DNA of 64,000 nt from an uncultured Acidobacteriota bacterium (GTDB lineage: Bacteria; Acidobacteriota; Thermoanaerobaculia; UBA5066; DATFVB01): the NCBI GenBank assembly GCA_963813155.1, contig CAWEYG010000003.1:769866-833865 (forward strand), in the 5' to 3' direction. Every line of letters begins with the position of its first letter. Within the stretch, counting starts at the first letter, position 1. Below are positions 29,222 to 39,976 of this stretch, in pieces. A program made the translations under genes and the position numbers. The notes beneath the pieces are model-generated. The model was given only the letters and a program-made list of their open reading frames with translations. It was not told the origin of the DNA and made no database searches.

Positions 29222-30892
29222 TTATCTGTCTGGCGGGAGGAGCCGAATCGCTCCCGGATCGTTTCGATAGACGGCAAACGGGCCCACCTCGTCGTATCGA
29301 AAGTGTCGGTGGTCAAGCTTCAGGGTCGATTCGATATATTCCTGCCGCGGGTCACCTTTGAAGAAGACGTACGCGGGCGATCGCGAGGCGTTTGCTGCTC
29401 GCGTATACATCTGGTCCCGATCCCAGTCACGAAACAGGCCCAGTTTGACGTCGCCGTTCGAACGCATATTCACCACGTAACTGATCCAGTACGAGCCATA
29501 GCCCACGCTAATATTTTCCCGCCGGAGAAATGCGATCAGGTCTCCGTTAGGGTCCGGCTTGCGAGCCAGCTCCCAATCCGGCCCGAGAGCTCCGTTGGTC
29601 TGATACCAGAGGCCGGTTTGAACAGCCGGGTAGAAAAACAAAAAAGCCACGAGACCCGCAGATGCGAAACGATGTCGAAGCGCCAGCCGCGCCAAGAAGC
29701 CTCCCGACAGGACGGCCAGAGCCGGGACGCAGGGGAGAAGATAGTGGTTCGAAAGGACATCCTGCGGATTCCTGGAGAGACCGAAAACCAGGAGGTTCAC
29801 GCCCACGAGGATCCCCAGGAAGACGGGAATGTATCTCCACGCTCGGCGATTGAGAGGGATCTCGTCCCGCCGCCAGAATACCGCGAGCCACGCCCAGGAA
29901 AGAAGGAGCGCAAAGAGAAATCCGGTCAGGCTCCACGCTAGGCCCGCCGCCCCGACCGCCGGCCCGAGTTCCCGTGTCCGCGCGGGGTTGATCCCCAAAA
30001 AGGCCGGGAGCGCGCGGGTCGCGAGGAGGCCGAAGTTAGCGCGAATCTGGGCGAATGAAGCGAGTCCGTAGTCGACCCGAGGCGTTCTTAACGTGTGTCG
30101 AAGGATCGCGCGAACCTTGGGAGCCCACCCAAGGCCGAAAGCAACCGTAAAGAGCCCTAGACGCGACGTAACCCAGCTCACGCGGTGGGTCAACGCGGCG
30201 GGTTCACGAGCAGCGTTCGCCAGGGCGAACGCAAAGGCGGCGCAGAGAACCACGAGATCGACCAGAAAGAGCTCGTAGGTGTACAGGCTGAAACCGCAGA
30301 GGAAGCCGAAAAGAACAGTCCGGCCCGGACGAAAGTCCGGCGGCAGGCGCGCAAGGACCAAAAAGGAGAGGACGCCGCAAAGCATGACAAGCGAGAATCC
30401 GCCGCTCGCCGACGTCGTCCATTGAACCAGTTGCGGCGAGAACACCGCGGCCGTGCTCGCGCCGATGATCCCACCGGGAGGTCCATAAAATTCCCGCGCG
30501 AGAAAGTAGACGGCGACAACGAAGGCGAGAAGGGTCGCGACCGTTGCCAGTTTGAAAGCCAGCGGTTGGAAACCGACGAGAACAACCAGCGGGATTGAGA
30601 TCAGGCCCTCGACAACGCCATAGGACGTCGCGTCCCAGTTGTAAAACGACAGTCCTCCGCCGGACAGCGTGCGCTTCACGACTAAGGCGTTTACCGCCTC
30701 ATCGGAAATAAAGAAAGCATTCGCGTTGTAAAGGACAGGCAGCCGGACGAGCATCGCCCAAGCAAGAACGCTTCCGATGGCGAAAGCGATTGCGAGACGC
30801 CGTGCTGTGGAAGGTCGCAGGCTAATCATCCGCGGGCATCTACCAAGAATTCCGACGCCGACGGGTCGGTAATTGCTAGCTCCTTTCCGCAA
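29222..30892 (-). CDS. Polytopic membrane protein, GT-C-like glycosyltransferase candidate
   Basis: 556 aa with more than 10 hydrophobic helices; last gene of a minus-strand glycan operon. Confidence 0.55.
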   Translation of the reverse strand: MRKGASNYRPVGVGILGRCPRMISLRPSTARRLAIAFAIGSVLAWAMLVRLPVLYNANAFFISDEAVNALVVKRTLSGGGLSFYNWDATSYGVVEGLISIPLVVLVGFQPLAFKLATVATLLAFVVAVYFLAREFYGPPGGIIGASTAAVFSPQLVQWTTSASGGFSLVMLCGVLSFLVLARLPPDFRPGRTVLFGFLCGFSLYTYELFLVDLVVLCAAFAFALANAAREPAALTHRVSWVTSRLGLFTVAFGLGWAPKVRAILRHTLRTPRVDYGLASFAQIRANFGLLATRALPAFLGINPARTRELGPAVGAAGLAWSLTGFLFALLLSWAWLAVFWRRDEIPLNRRAWRYIPVFLGILVGVNLLVFGLSRNPQDVLSNHYLLPCVPALAVLSGGFLARLALRHRFASAGLVAFLFFYPAVQTGLWYQTNGALGPDWELARKPDPNGDLIAFLRRENISVGYGSYWISYVVNMRSNGDVKLGLFRDWDRDQMYTRAANASRSPAYVFFKGDPRQEYIESTLKLDHRHFRYDEVGPFAVYRNDPGAIRLLPPDR

Positions 30893-31673
30893 CTACCGTG
30901 AAGAGATCGCCTTTGATCTCGGGACCGGAAAACTCGGATACAGGCGTTGCTCCCCAGGGCGAGAATCCCGGCCGAAAGATCTGGGTGTGATAGCCGACCT
31001 CGAAGCGGGAGAACCCGAGCGAGCTCAACATGCGTTTCACGGCCCCCGGCGAGAGATACCACCATGTGCACGGGTCCCGCCCGGCCGAGGGATCGAAAAG
31101 CATTCCGGAACGCGCGTCGTGCGTTTCCGAGATCGTCTCGTCCTTGAACGGGGGATTGTAGGTGTCGGTCACGATGATTTTCTGCTTCGTGACCCGCGCG
31201 GCCTCTTTCAGCGCTGAGTACGGATCCCGTAGGTGGAGCAGAATCGACCCGAACAGCGTCACGTCAACATCTCCGATTCCATTCGGGAGCTCGTAAGCCG
31301 AGCCGTGAACGAGATCGGTGGAAGAGTGAAACGCCTCGCGCGCATATCGCCAGGCCCGATTGAGGCCGGCGACGACCACGCGGTAGTTTCGCTCAAAGTC
31401 CGCGTAGTCCTGGCCCGGCTTCTTCATGATGTCACCAAGAAACTCCGGCGAGAGGTCGTACGGAACGACATTCGCGCCGCGGTGCTCCATCGAAAAGGTC
31501 AAAAATCCGTTCGCCGCGCCGACCTCCAAAACGCGCTTGCCCTCGAGCTCGACATTTCCGAGGTAATCATCGACGTTTTTCCGGAGATCCCAGGCTCCCG
31601 CGATCGCAGGAGTCTCCGGCAATTCGATCGAGTGGTAAAAGTAGCCGTCGGCGAATTCTGAGGATGTACTCAA
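30876..31673 (-). CDS. Class I SAM-dependent methyltransferase
   Basis: Motif I VLEVGAANGFLT and typical fold length (265 aa). Confidence 0.8.
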   Translation of the reverse strand: MSTSSEFADGYFYHSIELPETPAIAGAWDLRKNVDDYLGNVELEGKRVLEVGAANGFLTFSMEHRGANVVPYDLSPEFLGDIMKKPGQDYADFERNYRVVVAGLNRAWRYAREAFHSSTDLVHGSAYELPNGIGDVDVTLFGSILLHLRDPYSALKEAARVTKQKIIVTDTYNPPFKDETISETHDARSGMLFDPSAGRDPCTWWYLSPGAVKRMLSSLGFSRFEVGYHTQIFRPGFSPWGATPVSEFSGPEIKGDLFTVVAERS

Positions 31674-31783
31674 TTTGTATTCAACTGCCCCTTAACAGCG
31701 CTGGGCGAAATTTCGCAACAAGGACCCAAGTATAGCCGACGGCAGGGAAGCTCTGGCTCGATCGAAAAGCCGGGTATCAATTC

Positions 31784-33142
31784 TCATGGCCCGACCCGCA
31801 GCTCCTGGGTGAGGAACCGGAACCTCTCTCCACGCCCGGGGGCCCGGAGAACCAACCGGATCCGATAAATGCCAGCGGCGAGCGAGCGCTTGTCGATTCT
31901 CGCCTGAAATCCCGTCTTTACCGGGCTGTTCGGAAAGGATGCCGAGACGTCCGGCCTCGCCATTCGAGCGCATTCAACGACATAGCGATGGGAGGCCGAT
32001 TCGAGAAGCAGCTCGACGGTGTCCGCTTCCTCTCCGGGGACGAAGGTCCAGCCGAGGATGGACGCTTCGGTGGATCTGTCCTCGAATCCATCAACGTTGA
32101 AAAGCACCTCGCGCGCTTCCGCGCTGGACTTCGCGTTCGGTTTCCCGAGCTTCGCGAAGCGCGAGAAGATCCGGTTCGCCGCCGACTCTTTCCCCGCCGC
32201 GGGCGCCGCGGAAACCACCGACGGCACAGCCAGCTCTTCCAGAAACTGAATCCGCCACCGCCTGTCGGCCACCGGGGTCTTCAGGAACGTTCGGCCGTTG
32301 TAGGTCTGCGTCACGAGACCTCCGGTGCGCAGGTCGGTGACGTCCCGGAGACACATCTCCCCCGCGACGGTATTCGAATAGAGAGGAACGTAGTAGATGC
32401 AGTCCTCAAAGAAATAGTGTGTCACCTGCGTCCAGCGCGTCAGCTCCTTGTTCAACCGCGGCATGCCGCCGTGCACGAGGTTCGACGACCAGATGAGCGC
32501 CGATCCCTTCTTGACGCGAAGCTGTTCCCGTTGAAACCCCTCCGTCGCCATGAGCTCGCTGACGAAGCCGGGATAACGCTGGCCGAAGAAGTCGTCCGGG
32601 TCCTTTCCCGGATCGTGGAAGTCCTGAACGTAATACTCCTTGAGCCGCTGGGACCCCGGATAGTAGAAGAGGGGGCCGCTCTCGAGGTCCACGTCCTCCA
32701 GCGCCACCCAGACTCCGCACATGAACCGGGCCGGCAGCGAATTGAAAAGGATCGCGTCGGAGTGATTCGCCTGCTGGGAGCCATAGAGAAAGTTCAGCGT
32801 CTGGAAAGGAACGGGTTCTCTTCCGTAAAGGAGCCGAAGAGCCGAAATGATTGGCCCGTGAAGCGCCAGATCCTTGACCGCGGGAGAGGTATGCCACGCA
32901 TCGTGGACCCGGTAGTAGCTGGCGTATCCCTCCTCGATATCCGGGCGAAAAAGCCCCTGCGCTTCCCGCTTGACGCGCTCAGCCAGGTCGTCGCTGACGA
33001 CATTCTCCAGCGTCGCGTAGCCATAGGTGTGGTATCTCGTGACGAGCTCGACCTCGGCAGCCGTGAGAGTGGGTTTGCGGGCCAGTTCCTGCTTGAAGAA
33101 CGGCGATTCCACCCACGGCTCGTTCGGAGGCGTATTCATCAT
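31784..33142 (-). CDS. PhyH-like Fe(II)/2-oxoglutarate-dependent dioxygenase with ~170-aa C-terminal extension
   Basis: ATG ATG at 33142, 3 nt after the upstream stop, preceded by AGGAA; PhyH-family HxD...H core. Confidence 0.65.
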   Translation of the reverse strand: MMNTPPNEPWVESPFFKQELARKPTLTAAEVELVTRYHTYGYATLENVVSDDLAERVKREAQGLFRPDIEEGYASYYRVHDAWHTSPAVKDLALHGPIISALRLLYGREPVPFQTLNFLYGSQQANHSDAILFNSLPARFMCGVWVALEDVDLESGPLFYYPGSQRLKEYYVQDFHDPGKDPDDFFGQRYPGFVSELMATEGFQREQLRVKKGSALIWSSNLVHGGMPRLNKELTRWTQVTHYFFEDCIYYVPLYSNTVAGEMCLRDVTDLRTGGLVTQTYNGRTFLKTPVADRRWRIQFLEELAVPSVVSAAPAAGKESAANRIFSRFAKLGKPNAKSSAEAREVLFNVDGFEDRSTEASILGWTFVPGEEADTVELLLESASHRYVVECARMARPDVSASFPNSPVKTGFQARIDKRSLAAGIYRIRLVLRAPGRGERFRFLTQELRVGP

Positions 33143-33144
33143 TC

Positions 33145-34997
33145 CTAAGAGCTGATCGCGTCCAGGCGATCGACGATGCGGCGCGCGCTCGCGTCCCACG
33201 TCCATTTCGCCGCGACTTCGAGGGCCGCGGCCTGCCCTCGAAGGCGTGCGGCGTCGCGATTCTCGTACACCTCGCGAAGGAGGGCCCGCAGGTGGTCCGG
33301 GTCCGGGTCGGCCCAGCGAAATCCTTCGTAGTAGGGGCACTTCGCTTCCGCGGGTATCGTGCCGCGCACACGGAGAGGGTAGGAAATCTGCTCGTGGACG
33401 AACTCGCGGTGCGCGCCCCAGTCCGTCGCGATCGTCGGAAGCCCGCAGGCCATCGCCTCCATGAGGGGCATGTCCCACCCCTCCCCGCGGCCGGCGGAGA
33501 CGTAGCAGTCCGCGGATCGGTAGAAGCTCGCGAGCTGGGCGTAGGGAAACTCGAGGTTCAGCAGGAACGCGGTGCGGCCTCCGGACTTCTTCAGCTCCAG
33601 CTTCCGGATCTCCTCCCGGACGGCGACGCTCGGGTCGCGATTGATGATCTTGCACACGAGCCGGACCGGCTCGCTCGCCTTGAACTCGTCGTTGAACGTC
33701 TTGAGGAGCAGCCCGGGCGCTTTCCGCTCGCCCCATTCGAAGTTCGTCGCGAACACGAACTCCCCGAGCGGGTTCTCGTGGCGGCGAACCCCGGGATGAA
33801 AGTAGTTCGTGTCGATGCCGAGCGGGATCTTGTGGATCGGGCGTTTCAGTCCGGACGCGAGAAATCCCTCGCGGTTGAATTCGGTCGGAACCCAGACCTC
33901 GTCCATGAGGTTGGCCTGGCGGACCCACTCGCGCGGAAACCCGTCGACCTCCAGCATCGTGAAGCCGATCTTCTGCCGGCCCCGATTCGACCGGAACACG
34001 TCGCCCTGGCCGTAGACGACGGAGACCCGCGGGCGAAGTGCCCGTCCGCCCGCTCCCGGATGACGTTCATCAGGTAGTCGCCGGTGTTCTCCGGCTCGTC
34101 GACCGGAAATGGCGTTCCGCGGCCGTAGACGTATTCGTAGGCCGCTCGCACGCCCAGTCCTTCGAGGGCTCGCAGGATTTCGCGGGAGCTGATCGCGTAT
34201 CCCGTGGAGAAGTTCAGGATCGATTGCCAGAGGACATTGTGGCGATACCGGCCATTCAGATGGGAGCGCCAGTTCTTGCGAAAGATCTCCCGGCTCGCCT
34301 GGAACAGGCTGCTGAAATGCTCGTCCGAACCGGAGGTGGACCCGTGCTCGTCGTGCACGAGCGTGACCCCGCCGCACACGACGACTTTGAACCCGGCACG
34401 GCGGGCGCGAAGGCAGTAGTCCGTGTCTTCGAAGTACGACTCGAAGTCCTCCGAGAGGGCTCCGATCGCCGCGATCGCCTCTCTCTTCAAAAGCGCGCAC
34501 GCGAAGACGACGCCCTCGACTTCGCGGCTCGAGGTGTATTGCCCGATGTCGCGTTCCCCCGATCCGATCTGCTGGCCCCACATCGTCTCGGGAACCATGA
34601 ACGTGCCGGCGTGGAGCAGCGACCCGTCGGGCCTCGTCAAACGGCAGCCCACGACGCCGATCACGGGAGAGGAATGGGCGCAGGCACGCATCCGCGACAG
34701 CCAGTCTTCCTGGAAAAACTCCAGATCGTTGTTCAGCAGGACGATGTCCGACCCCGGATCGGCCTCTCGAATTCCGACGTTGTTGCCCCTCACGTAGCCG
34801 AGGTTTCGATCGTTCCGGATGACTCGGACCCAGGCGTATTCTTCGAGCCGGCGGGGAGTCTCGTCCGTCGAACCGTTGTCGACGACGATCACCTCCGCGT
34901 CGGACAGGTCCGTTCGCCGCAGGGAGTCCAGGCACTTCTTGGTCAGGTTCCAGCGGTTCCAGGCCAGAACGATGAGGGTCGCTTTTCGCGCGGTCAT
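33145..34997 (-). CDS. Probable bifunctional GT2-GT4 glycosyltransferase; reading frame changes near 34040
   Basis: GT2 domain (VVDNGSTD, DTDYCLRA) from ATG 34997. Same frame continues into a GT4-like N-terminal Rossmann segment; GT4 C-domain (EX7E region ...GEGWDMPLMEAMACGLP...) is in another frame to stop 33145. Confidence 0.5.
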
Positions 34998-35302
34998 CTA
35001 GGAGCGCTCACGGCCTTTCTCTGCACGGCGAGCGATCGCCACAATTCGGTCATCGTCTCTTCGACGTCCGCGGGGAAAAGCTCGGTCGACTCCCTCCAGC
35101 CGGCAAGGCCGATTCCCGATCGGGGCAGCGGCGGCAACCCGGACGACAGCCGCGAAAGCGTCACGAGATCCTTGTCGCAGAGCTCGGGCGAGAGCGCTCG
35201 AATCAGGTCGGAACGCTCGGCGAGGCTCCTCTCGAGCCGCTCGACCTGAGCCTCGAGCCCCGCGATGCGGAGCTGGGCGGAACGCTCGTCGTCCGCTACC
35301 AT
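34994..35302 (-). CDS. Small coiled-coil protein
   Basis: Heptad-rich AQLRIAGLEAQVERLERSLAERSDL; overlaps neighbours by a few nt on each side. Confidence 0.3.
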   Translation of the reverse strand: MVADDERSAQLRIAGLEAQVERLERSLAERSDLIRALSPELCDKDLVTLSRLSSGLPPLPRSGIGLAGWRESTELFPADVEETMTELWRSLAVQRKAVSAPR

Positions 35303-35583
35303 TTTCGGCCGATGATTCGCCGGAAGAACTGCAGGAGCCGCCAGGACCGGGAACCTTCCACTCGCTGATTGAATTCCATGTACTTGCGGACCTTCTCGCG
35401 CAGCTCCCGCTCGCGGGAAACGGCTTCTCCGTCGAGGGAGTCGAGGCGTTCTCCGAGATCGCGCTCGCGCTCGAGGCTCTCGCCGAGGCGCAGCTCGAGG
35501 TCTCGGACGAGCGCTCTCAACTCCCCTTCGCCCCGGGCTTCCCTCGTCTCGGTGTCCAACACTTGAGAAATGTTCTCCGGCAT
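35296..35583 (-). CDS. Small coiled-coil protein (95 aa)
   Basis: ATG at 35583; charged heptad repeats; starts 4 nt after the conserved 58-nt leader element. Confidence 0.35.
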   Translation of the reverse strand: MPENISQVLDTETREARGEGELRALVRDLELRLGESLERERDLGERLDSLDGEAVSRERELREKVRKYMEFNQRVEGSRSWRLLQFFRRIIGRKW

Positions 35584-35586
35584 AGA

Positions 35587-35644
35587 CCCCTGCGTACAAA
35601 TCCGTTAACTGGCAATCGCCTCTCGCAATATTGTACGCGAGAGG
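35587..35644 (-). promoter_or_regulatory. Conserved 58-nt leader element, copy 1, with perfect 8-bp inverted repeat CCTCTCGC-N10-GCGAGAGG
   Basis: 52/58 identical to 39977-40034; inverted repeat at 35619-35626 / 35637-35644; loop holds TACAAT (-10-like in gene sense); element ends GGGG 3-4 nt before the ATG. Confidence 0.5.
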
Positions 35645-36431
35645 GGCCCAAATCGTATACTGCGCGAAATTGGACGCTCTTCCACCCCCTCCCCTCCGCC
35701 TGTCGGTCGTGATCGCCGCCTACGACGAGGCTGAAAACGCGGAAAGGCTGACGCGGAGGCTCGATGCCGTTCTGCGGTCGCTTGCAGGGTGCCAATCCGA
35801 GCTCCTCTTCGTCGTCGAAGGACGGGACGGCACTCGGGACATCCTGGAGGGGCTGACGGGCGAGATTCCCAACCTCCGGATCCTCTACGCCGAGGACCCG
35901 GGCGGCCTCGGAAAGGCCTTCCGGAGGGGTTTCGCCGCGGTCTCCCCCGACAGCGACTACGTCCTCACGATGGACGCCGACCTCAACCACCAGCCGGAGG
36001 AAATTCCCCGCCTTCTCCAGGCCGCGCGGGATCGCGACGCCGACATCCTCGTCGGCTCGCGGTTTGTCGAGGGCGGGCGGGTCGACGGGACGCCCCCCTG
36101 GAAGCTCCTCCTGAGCGGCACGCTCAACGTGATCATGCGGATCGTCTTTCGTCTGCGCGTCCGGGACAAGACCTCGGGATTTCGAATCTACAGGACCGAG
36201 GCCCTCCGCCGCCTGGAGTTCGAAAACGAAAATTTCGCGTTCCTCCCGGAGATCCTCATTCGCGCGAACGCCCTCCGGATGCGGATAGTCGAGGAACCGA
36301 TCCACTTCATCTTCCGAACGGCGGGGAAATCGAAAATGCACATCGTGACGACGGCATGGAGCTACCTGTCGCTGATGAGGCTCCGATTCCGCTCTTTGAA
36401 AAGCTCGGGCTCGAGGCGCCTCACTCCTTGA
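35631..36431 (+). CDS. GT2 polyprenol-phosphate sugar synthase (DPM1-like)
   Basis: SVVIAAYDE...DAD signature; true start probably TTG near 35668 (MDALPPPPLRLSVV). Confidence 0.75.
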   Translation: MYARGAQIVYCAKLDALPPPPLRLSVVIAAYDEAENAERLTRRLDAVLRSLAGCQSELLFVVEGRDGTRDILEGLTGEIPNLRILYAEDPGGLGKAFRRGFAAVSPDSDYVLTMDADLNHQPEEIPRLLQAARDRDADILVGSRFVEGGRVDGTPPWKLLLSGTLNVIMRIVFRLRVRDKTSGFRIYRTEALRRLEFENENFAFLPEILIRANALRMRIVEEPIHFIFRTAGKSKMHIVTTAWSYLSLMRLRFRSLKSSGSRRLTP

Positions 36432-37260
36432 CGGCGTAGGCGGTCATCAGGTCACCGAAATTGACGGGGACTTCAACGCCGCTCAACCCGGCCCTGCCAA
36501 CCGCCCAGGAAAGCGCGCGGCCGACCCGGTCGCCACACACTCCTCCGACTCGGGTCGCGAAGTAGCCGGCGCTCACGCGCCTCCCTTCCGCGAAGATCCG
36601 AACTGCCCGGAAACCCGTCGATTCCAGCGACCTCGCGAGTGTCCGGCGCGAGAAATAGTGGAGGTGCATCTCCATCAGCCAGGGCCAGCGGCCGCGCATC
36701 AGATTCGCCGTGAGGCTTCCCACATCCATCGTGTGCACGACGAGGACTCCTCCCTTGCCGAGGAGCCGGGCGGCAGCGTGCAGCAGGGAAATCGGATCGG
36801 AGATGTGCTCGATGACGTCCCACATCGTGACGACATCGAAAGAGCCCTCCGCGAACCCAGCGGAATCGAGCGTCCCCTCGACGACGTCGAGTCCCCGGGC
36901 GCGGGCTTCTCCGGCAGCCCACCGCGACGGCTCGATCCCGGAGGCGGTCCACCCGCGCCGGCCCGCGACTTCGACCATCGTTCCCGTGTAGGCCCCGACG
37001 TCGAGCAGCCGGCCCGGAGGGCGCCGCAGCGTTTCGATCCGCGCGAGACGGCGGCCGAAGGTGGCCACGCGCGAATCCTCTTCGCGGAGATACAGCGGAT
37101 CCTCGACTTCCCGGTAGGCCGAGAGCACGGTTTCCTGGCTCGCCCCCGCGCTCGAAAGCAGGCCGCATTCCACACACTCGAAAATCGCGGGGTGGATGCC
37201 ATAGCCGGAATGGGTGCACTCGTACGACGACGGTTGGGTGGGAGCGCGGTCGGCTGGCAT
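36421..37260 (-). CDS. SAM-dependent methyltransferase with N-terminal Cys4 zinc-ribbon
   Basis: ATG at 37260; CxxC...CVECG ribbon then motif I LLDVGAYTG; paralog of 54462-55259. Confidence 0.75.
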   Translation of the reverse strand: MPADRAPTQPSSYECTHSGYGIHPAIFECVECGLLSSAGASQETVLSAYREVEDPLYLREEDSRVATFGRRLARIETLRRPPGRLLDVGAYTGTMVEVAGRRGWTASGIEPSRWAAGEARARGLDVVEGTLDSAGFAEGSFDVVTMWDVIEHISDPISLLHAAARLLGKGGVLVVHTMDVGSLTANLMRGRWPWLMEMHLHYFSRRTLARSLESTGFRAVRIFAEGRRVSAGYFATRVGGVCGDRVGRALSWAVGRAGLSGVEVPVNFGDLMTAYAVKE

Positions 37261-37340
37261 GGTGTCGGGAAAACGGAGATGCCGCTGGCTCCCTCCGCAG
37301 AGAACGCACGACCAGGTCTTCTCCGGCGAGCGCAAACTCG

Positions 37341-38660
37341 CTACTTTCCGCCGCGAAACATTGCCAAACGGTACTTGCGCAGGATCGGCATGTCCTTGCG
37401 AACCTCTTCCGGCTCGGGATAGATCGACCGCCGGATCTGAGCGTCGCTTATCGTGCCCGCCGTCAGGTCCGCGGCGTTTCGCCGACGCACGATCGTATTT
37501 CCCCGCAGAATCGGAAGCCAACGGACGGAAGGGATCACGGACGCCGCCAGCGAAAAGCTTGCCGCGAGCCCAATCGCGAGCAAGCGAAGCGGCCGCCGCC
37601 CGAGGCCAAGATCCAACCTCATCGAGACGAGCACGAGAGTCGCAATGCCCAGGAAGGACGTCGAGGCGACATAGTGGGAACCCAGAGCCTGTTGCGGACC
37701 GGCAATCGACCTCGCCATCGCGACCAGGGCAGCCGCGCCAAGCGAGAGCAGGCCCAGCGAAATCCAGCGCCGAAAGGAATCGCGTCGGGCCTCTTCCCGG
37801 CGAACGGCCCAGAGGACGCAGTAACCAAAGAGCAGGAGGACGCCGAAACCCAGGCCCGCGGCGAGCTGGAATGACGGCTTCGGGGCCACGCCGTACGGCC
37901 GCCCCAGAAGAGCGAAGAAGAATGGCACGACCGTGTTCCACTCGACGTACATGCCGGCGGTTTGTGAGGCACCACGCGCGAACAGCAGCGTGCCGAGCCC
38001 GACGGCGGCCCAGACGGCGAGCTTTCCGAGACGGCGCCCGCCGGCCGTTGCGATCGCGAACAGGCCGACGACCCAGATCGCGTTCGCCGCACCGAAAGAA
38101 AACGCGGCCACGAGCGCCGACAGGAGCGCCAACCAGAACAGATTTCTCGAGGGATCTCGCCGGGTGAGGAGAAAGACCGCGAGAACCGACGCTAGGATCG
38201 AGAAGTTCTGGCCAAACGAGTAACCCGACAGAAAACATTCGAATTCCACGATCGAAAAGACGTATGCCGACAGGGGTGCGGCCAGGATCAACAGCCTCGG
38301 CTCCGTTTCGCGAAGCATGGCGATGAGCAGCGCCAGCGTGCCCGCGCACACGGCGTAACTTGCGAGGACTTCGACCTTCACGTTCCAGTGCGTGAGAACG
38401 CCCAGGACGTAGAAGATCATTCGCGGCACCACGTTGTAGTGACCGTTGTACGGCTTCAGGAGGAGGGGAAGGACCGGCAGGTGCTCATAGTGCGCGGCCC
38501 AGACTTCGACCTCGCTCCACTGGTCCCAGCTCGGGATGTCCAACGTCATCGGAAAAAGAAGCGCGAACTGAACGAGCGGGATCGCCGCGGCGACGGCCAG
38601 AGAGAACAACCCCGCGATGTTCCATCCGCGATCGGGGAGATTCCCGGGTTCCCGCGTCAC
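37341..38660 (-). CDS. Polytopic membrane protein, tandem paralog A (WDQW / KPYNGH family; GT-C-like candidate)
   Basis: 439 aa, ~11 TM helices; shares IPLVQFALLFPMT...WDQW...KPYNGH...HWNVKVEV with the next three genes. Confidence 0.65.
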   Translation of the reverse strand: MTREPGNLPDRGWNIAGLFSLAVAAAIPLVQFALLFPMTLDIPSWDQWSEVEVWAAHYEHLPVLPLLLKPYNGHYNVVPRMIFYVLGVLTHWNVKVEVLASYAVCAGTLALLIAMLRETEPRLLILAAPLSAYVFSIVEFECFLSGYSFGQNFSILASVLAVFLLTRRDPSRNLFWLALLSALVAAFSFGAANAIWVVGLFAIATAGGRRLGKLAVWAAVGLGTLLFARGASQTAGMYVEWNTVVPFFFALLGRPYGVAPKPSFQLAAGLGFGVLLLFGYCVLWAVRREEARRDSFRRWISLGLLSLGAAALVAMARSIAGPQQALGSHYVASTSFLGIATLVLVSMRLDLGLGRRPLRLLAIGLAASFSLAASVIPSVRWLPILRGNTIVRRRNAADLTAGTISDAQIRRSIYPEPEEVRKDMPILRKYRLAMFRGGK

Positions 38661-39970
38661 GGATGCTCCTGCCCCGTCCCATGGCGATAAGCCGCGAGGC
38701 GATGCTCCCGGAGAATCGGCAGTGAGTCGCGAACGACTTGCGGCAGTGGGAACAGAGACTGCTCGATCTGGGCGTCCGTGGCCGTGCCCCTCATCAGGGC
38801 AGCGTCGTTTCGCCGGCCCACGTTCGACCAGCGGCGAAGAACGGGAAGCCAGCGGGCCGAGATCGCCACGACGTTCAGAAAGAACAGCGCCGCGACGGCG
38901 CAGACCGCGAGAGGAGACCCCCGCCCGAGCCTCGATCCTCCCCCGAGGATGACGCCGAGGAGCACGAGGAGCGCGACTCCGAGGAGACTCGTTGCTCCCG
39001 TGTAGTGGGAGGTGAAGGCCCCGCGAAGGTCAGGCGAAGATCGTGCAATCGCGATCAGCGCCGCCGATCCCAGCGCCAGCAGGCCGACCGCCGTCCAGCG
39101 GCGGACCGAGGGAGCATCCACCTTCTTTTCGCGGACAGCGAGAGCCACAAGAAGCGGGAGGAGGAGCACGGCAGCGATTCCAGAGATTTCGGCCGCATGA
39201 ACGTTTCCGCGCGGAGCCGATGTGTAGGGCGCGCCGAGGAGCGCCAGGAAAAAGGGCCCGACGGAAGGCCAGTCGACGGAAATTTGCGGCACTCGAGCGA
39301 CCGCGATCCGAGCGAGCGCGGCGCATCCCGCACCCGCCAGCACCCAGAGCGCGAGACGGCCGCGCCGTACCGGCCTTTCCCCCGCGAGGAGAAGGAGGCC
39401 TACCGGCCAGACGGCAACCGCGGCCCCCCAGGAGAAGGAAGCGACGAGAGCGAGGAAGAGCGCGATCCAGTAGCGATTTCTCGAAGATTCGCGGCGCGTG
39501 AGAAAGAACAGAGCTGCCACCGACGCGAGCAGGGAAATCGTCTGGCAAAGCGGATACCCGGAGAGGAAGTTCTCGAACCCCGCAATCGAGAAAATCGACG
39601 CCGACACCGGCGCGGCCAGGATCAGCAGCCTCGAGTCCGTCTCCCGAAGCATGGCGAGCAGTACCGCCAGCGTGCCACCGCACATAACGTAGCTGGCAAC
39701 CACTTCGACCTTCACGTTCCAGTGCGTGAGAAGGCCCAGGATGTAGAAGATCATTCGTGGCACGACGTTGTAGTGACCGTTGTACGGCTTCAGGAGGAGG
39801 GGAAGGACGGGGCGGTGCTCATAGTGAGCCGCAAACACCTCGACGTCGTTCCACTGGTCCCAGGTCGGCATCTCCGAGGTCATCGGAAACAGGAGCGCAA
39901 ACTGAACCAGGGGGAATGCCGCGGCGACCGTCAGAGAGACGATCGCGATGGCCCGTCCGGACGCCGTCAC
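38657..39970 (-). CDS. Polytopic membrane protein, tandem paralog B
   Basis: GTG at 39968-39970 gives MTASGRAIAIVSLTVAAAFPLVQF, co-linear with paralog A's N-terminus; the track start at 40018 would read through the conserved leader element. Confidence 0.6.
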   Translation of the reverse strand: MTASGRAIAIVSLTVAAAFPLVQFALLFPMTSEMPTWDQWNDVEVFAAHYEHRPVLPLLLKPYNGHYNVVPRMIFYILGLLTHWNVKVEVVASYVMCGGTLAVLLAMLRETDSRLLILAAPVSASIFSIAGFENFLSGYPLCQTISLLASVAALFFLTRRESSRNRYWIALFLALVASFSWGAAVAVWPVGLLLLAGERPVRRGRLALWVLAGAGCAALARIAVARVPQISVDWPSVGPFFLALLGAPYTSAPRGNVHAAEISGIAAVLLLPLLVALAVREKKVDAPSVRRWTAVGLLALGSAALIAIARSSPDLRGAFTSHYTGATSLLGVALLVLLGVILGGGSRLGRGSPLAVCAVAALFFLNVVAISARWLPVLRRWSNVGRRNDAALMRGTATDAQIEQSLFPLPQVVRDSLPILREHRLAAYRHGTGQEHP

Positions 39971-39976
39971 GGCCGA

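Noticed and set aside
31784-33928. 714-aa ORF extending the PhyH-like gene upstream
   Set aside because: The ATG ATG at 33142 has a good RBS and sits 3 nt after the upstream stop; the extra N-terminal region overlaps the GT4 C-domain gene.
36421-38349. 642-aa ORF extending the methyltransferase upstream
   Set aside because: The upstream 360 codons overlap membrane paralog A in another frame; the conserved zinc-ribbon MTase starts at ATG 37260.
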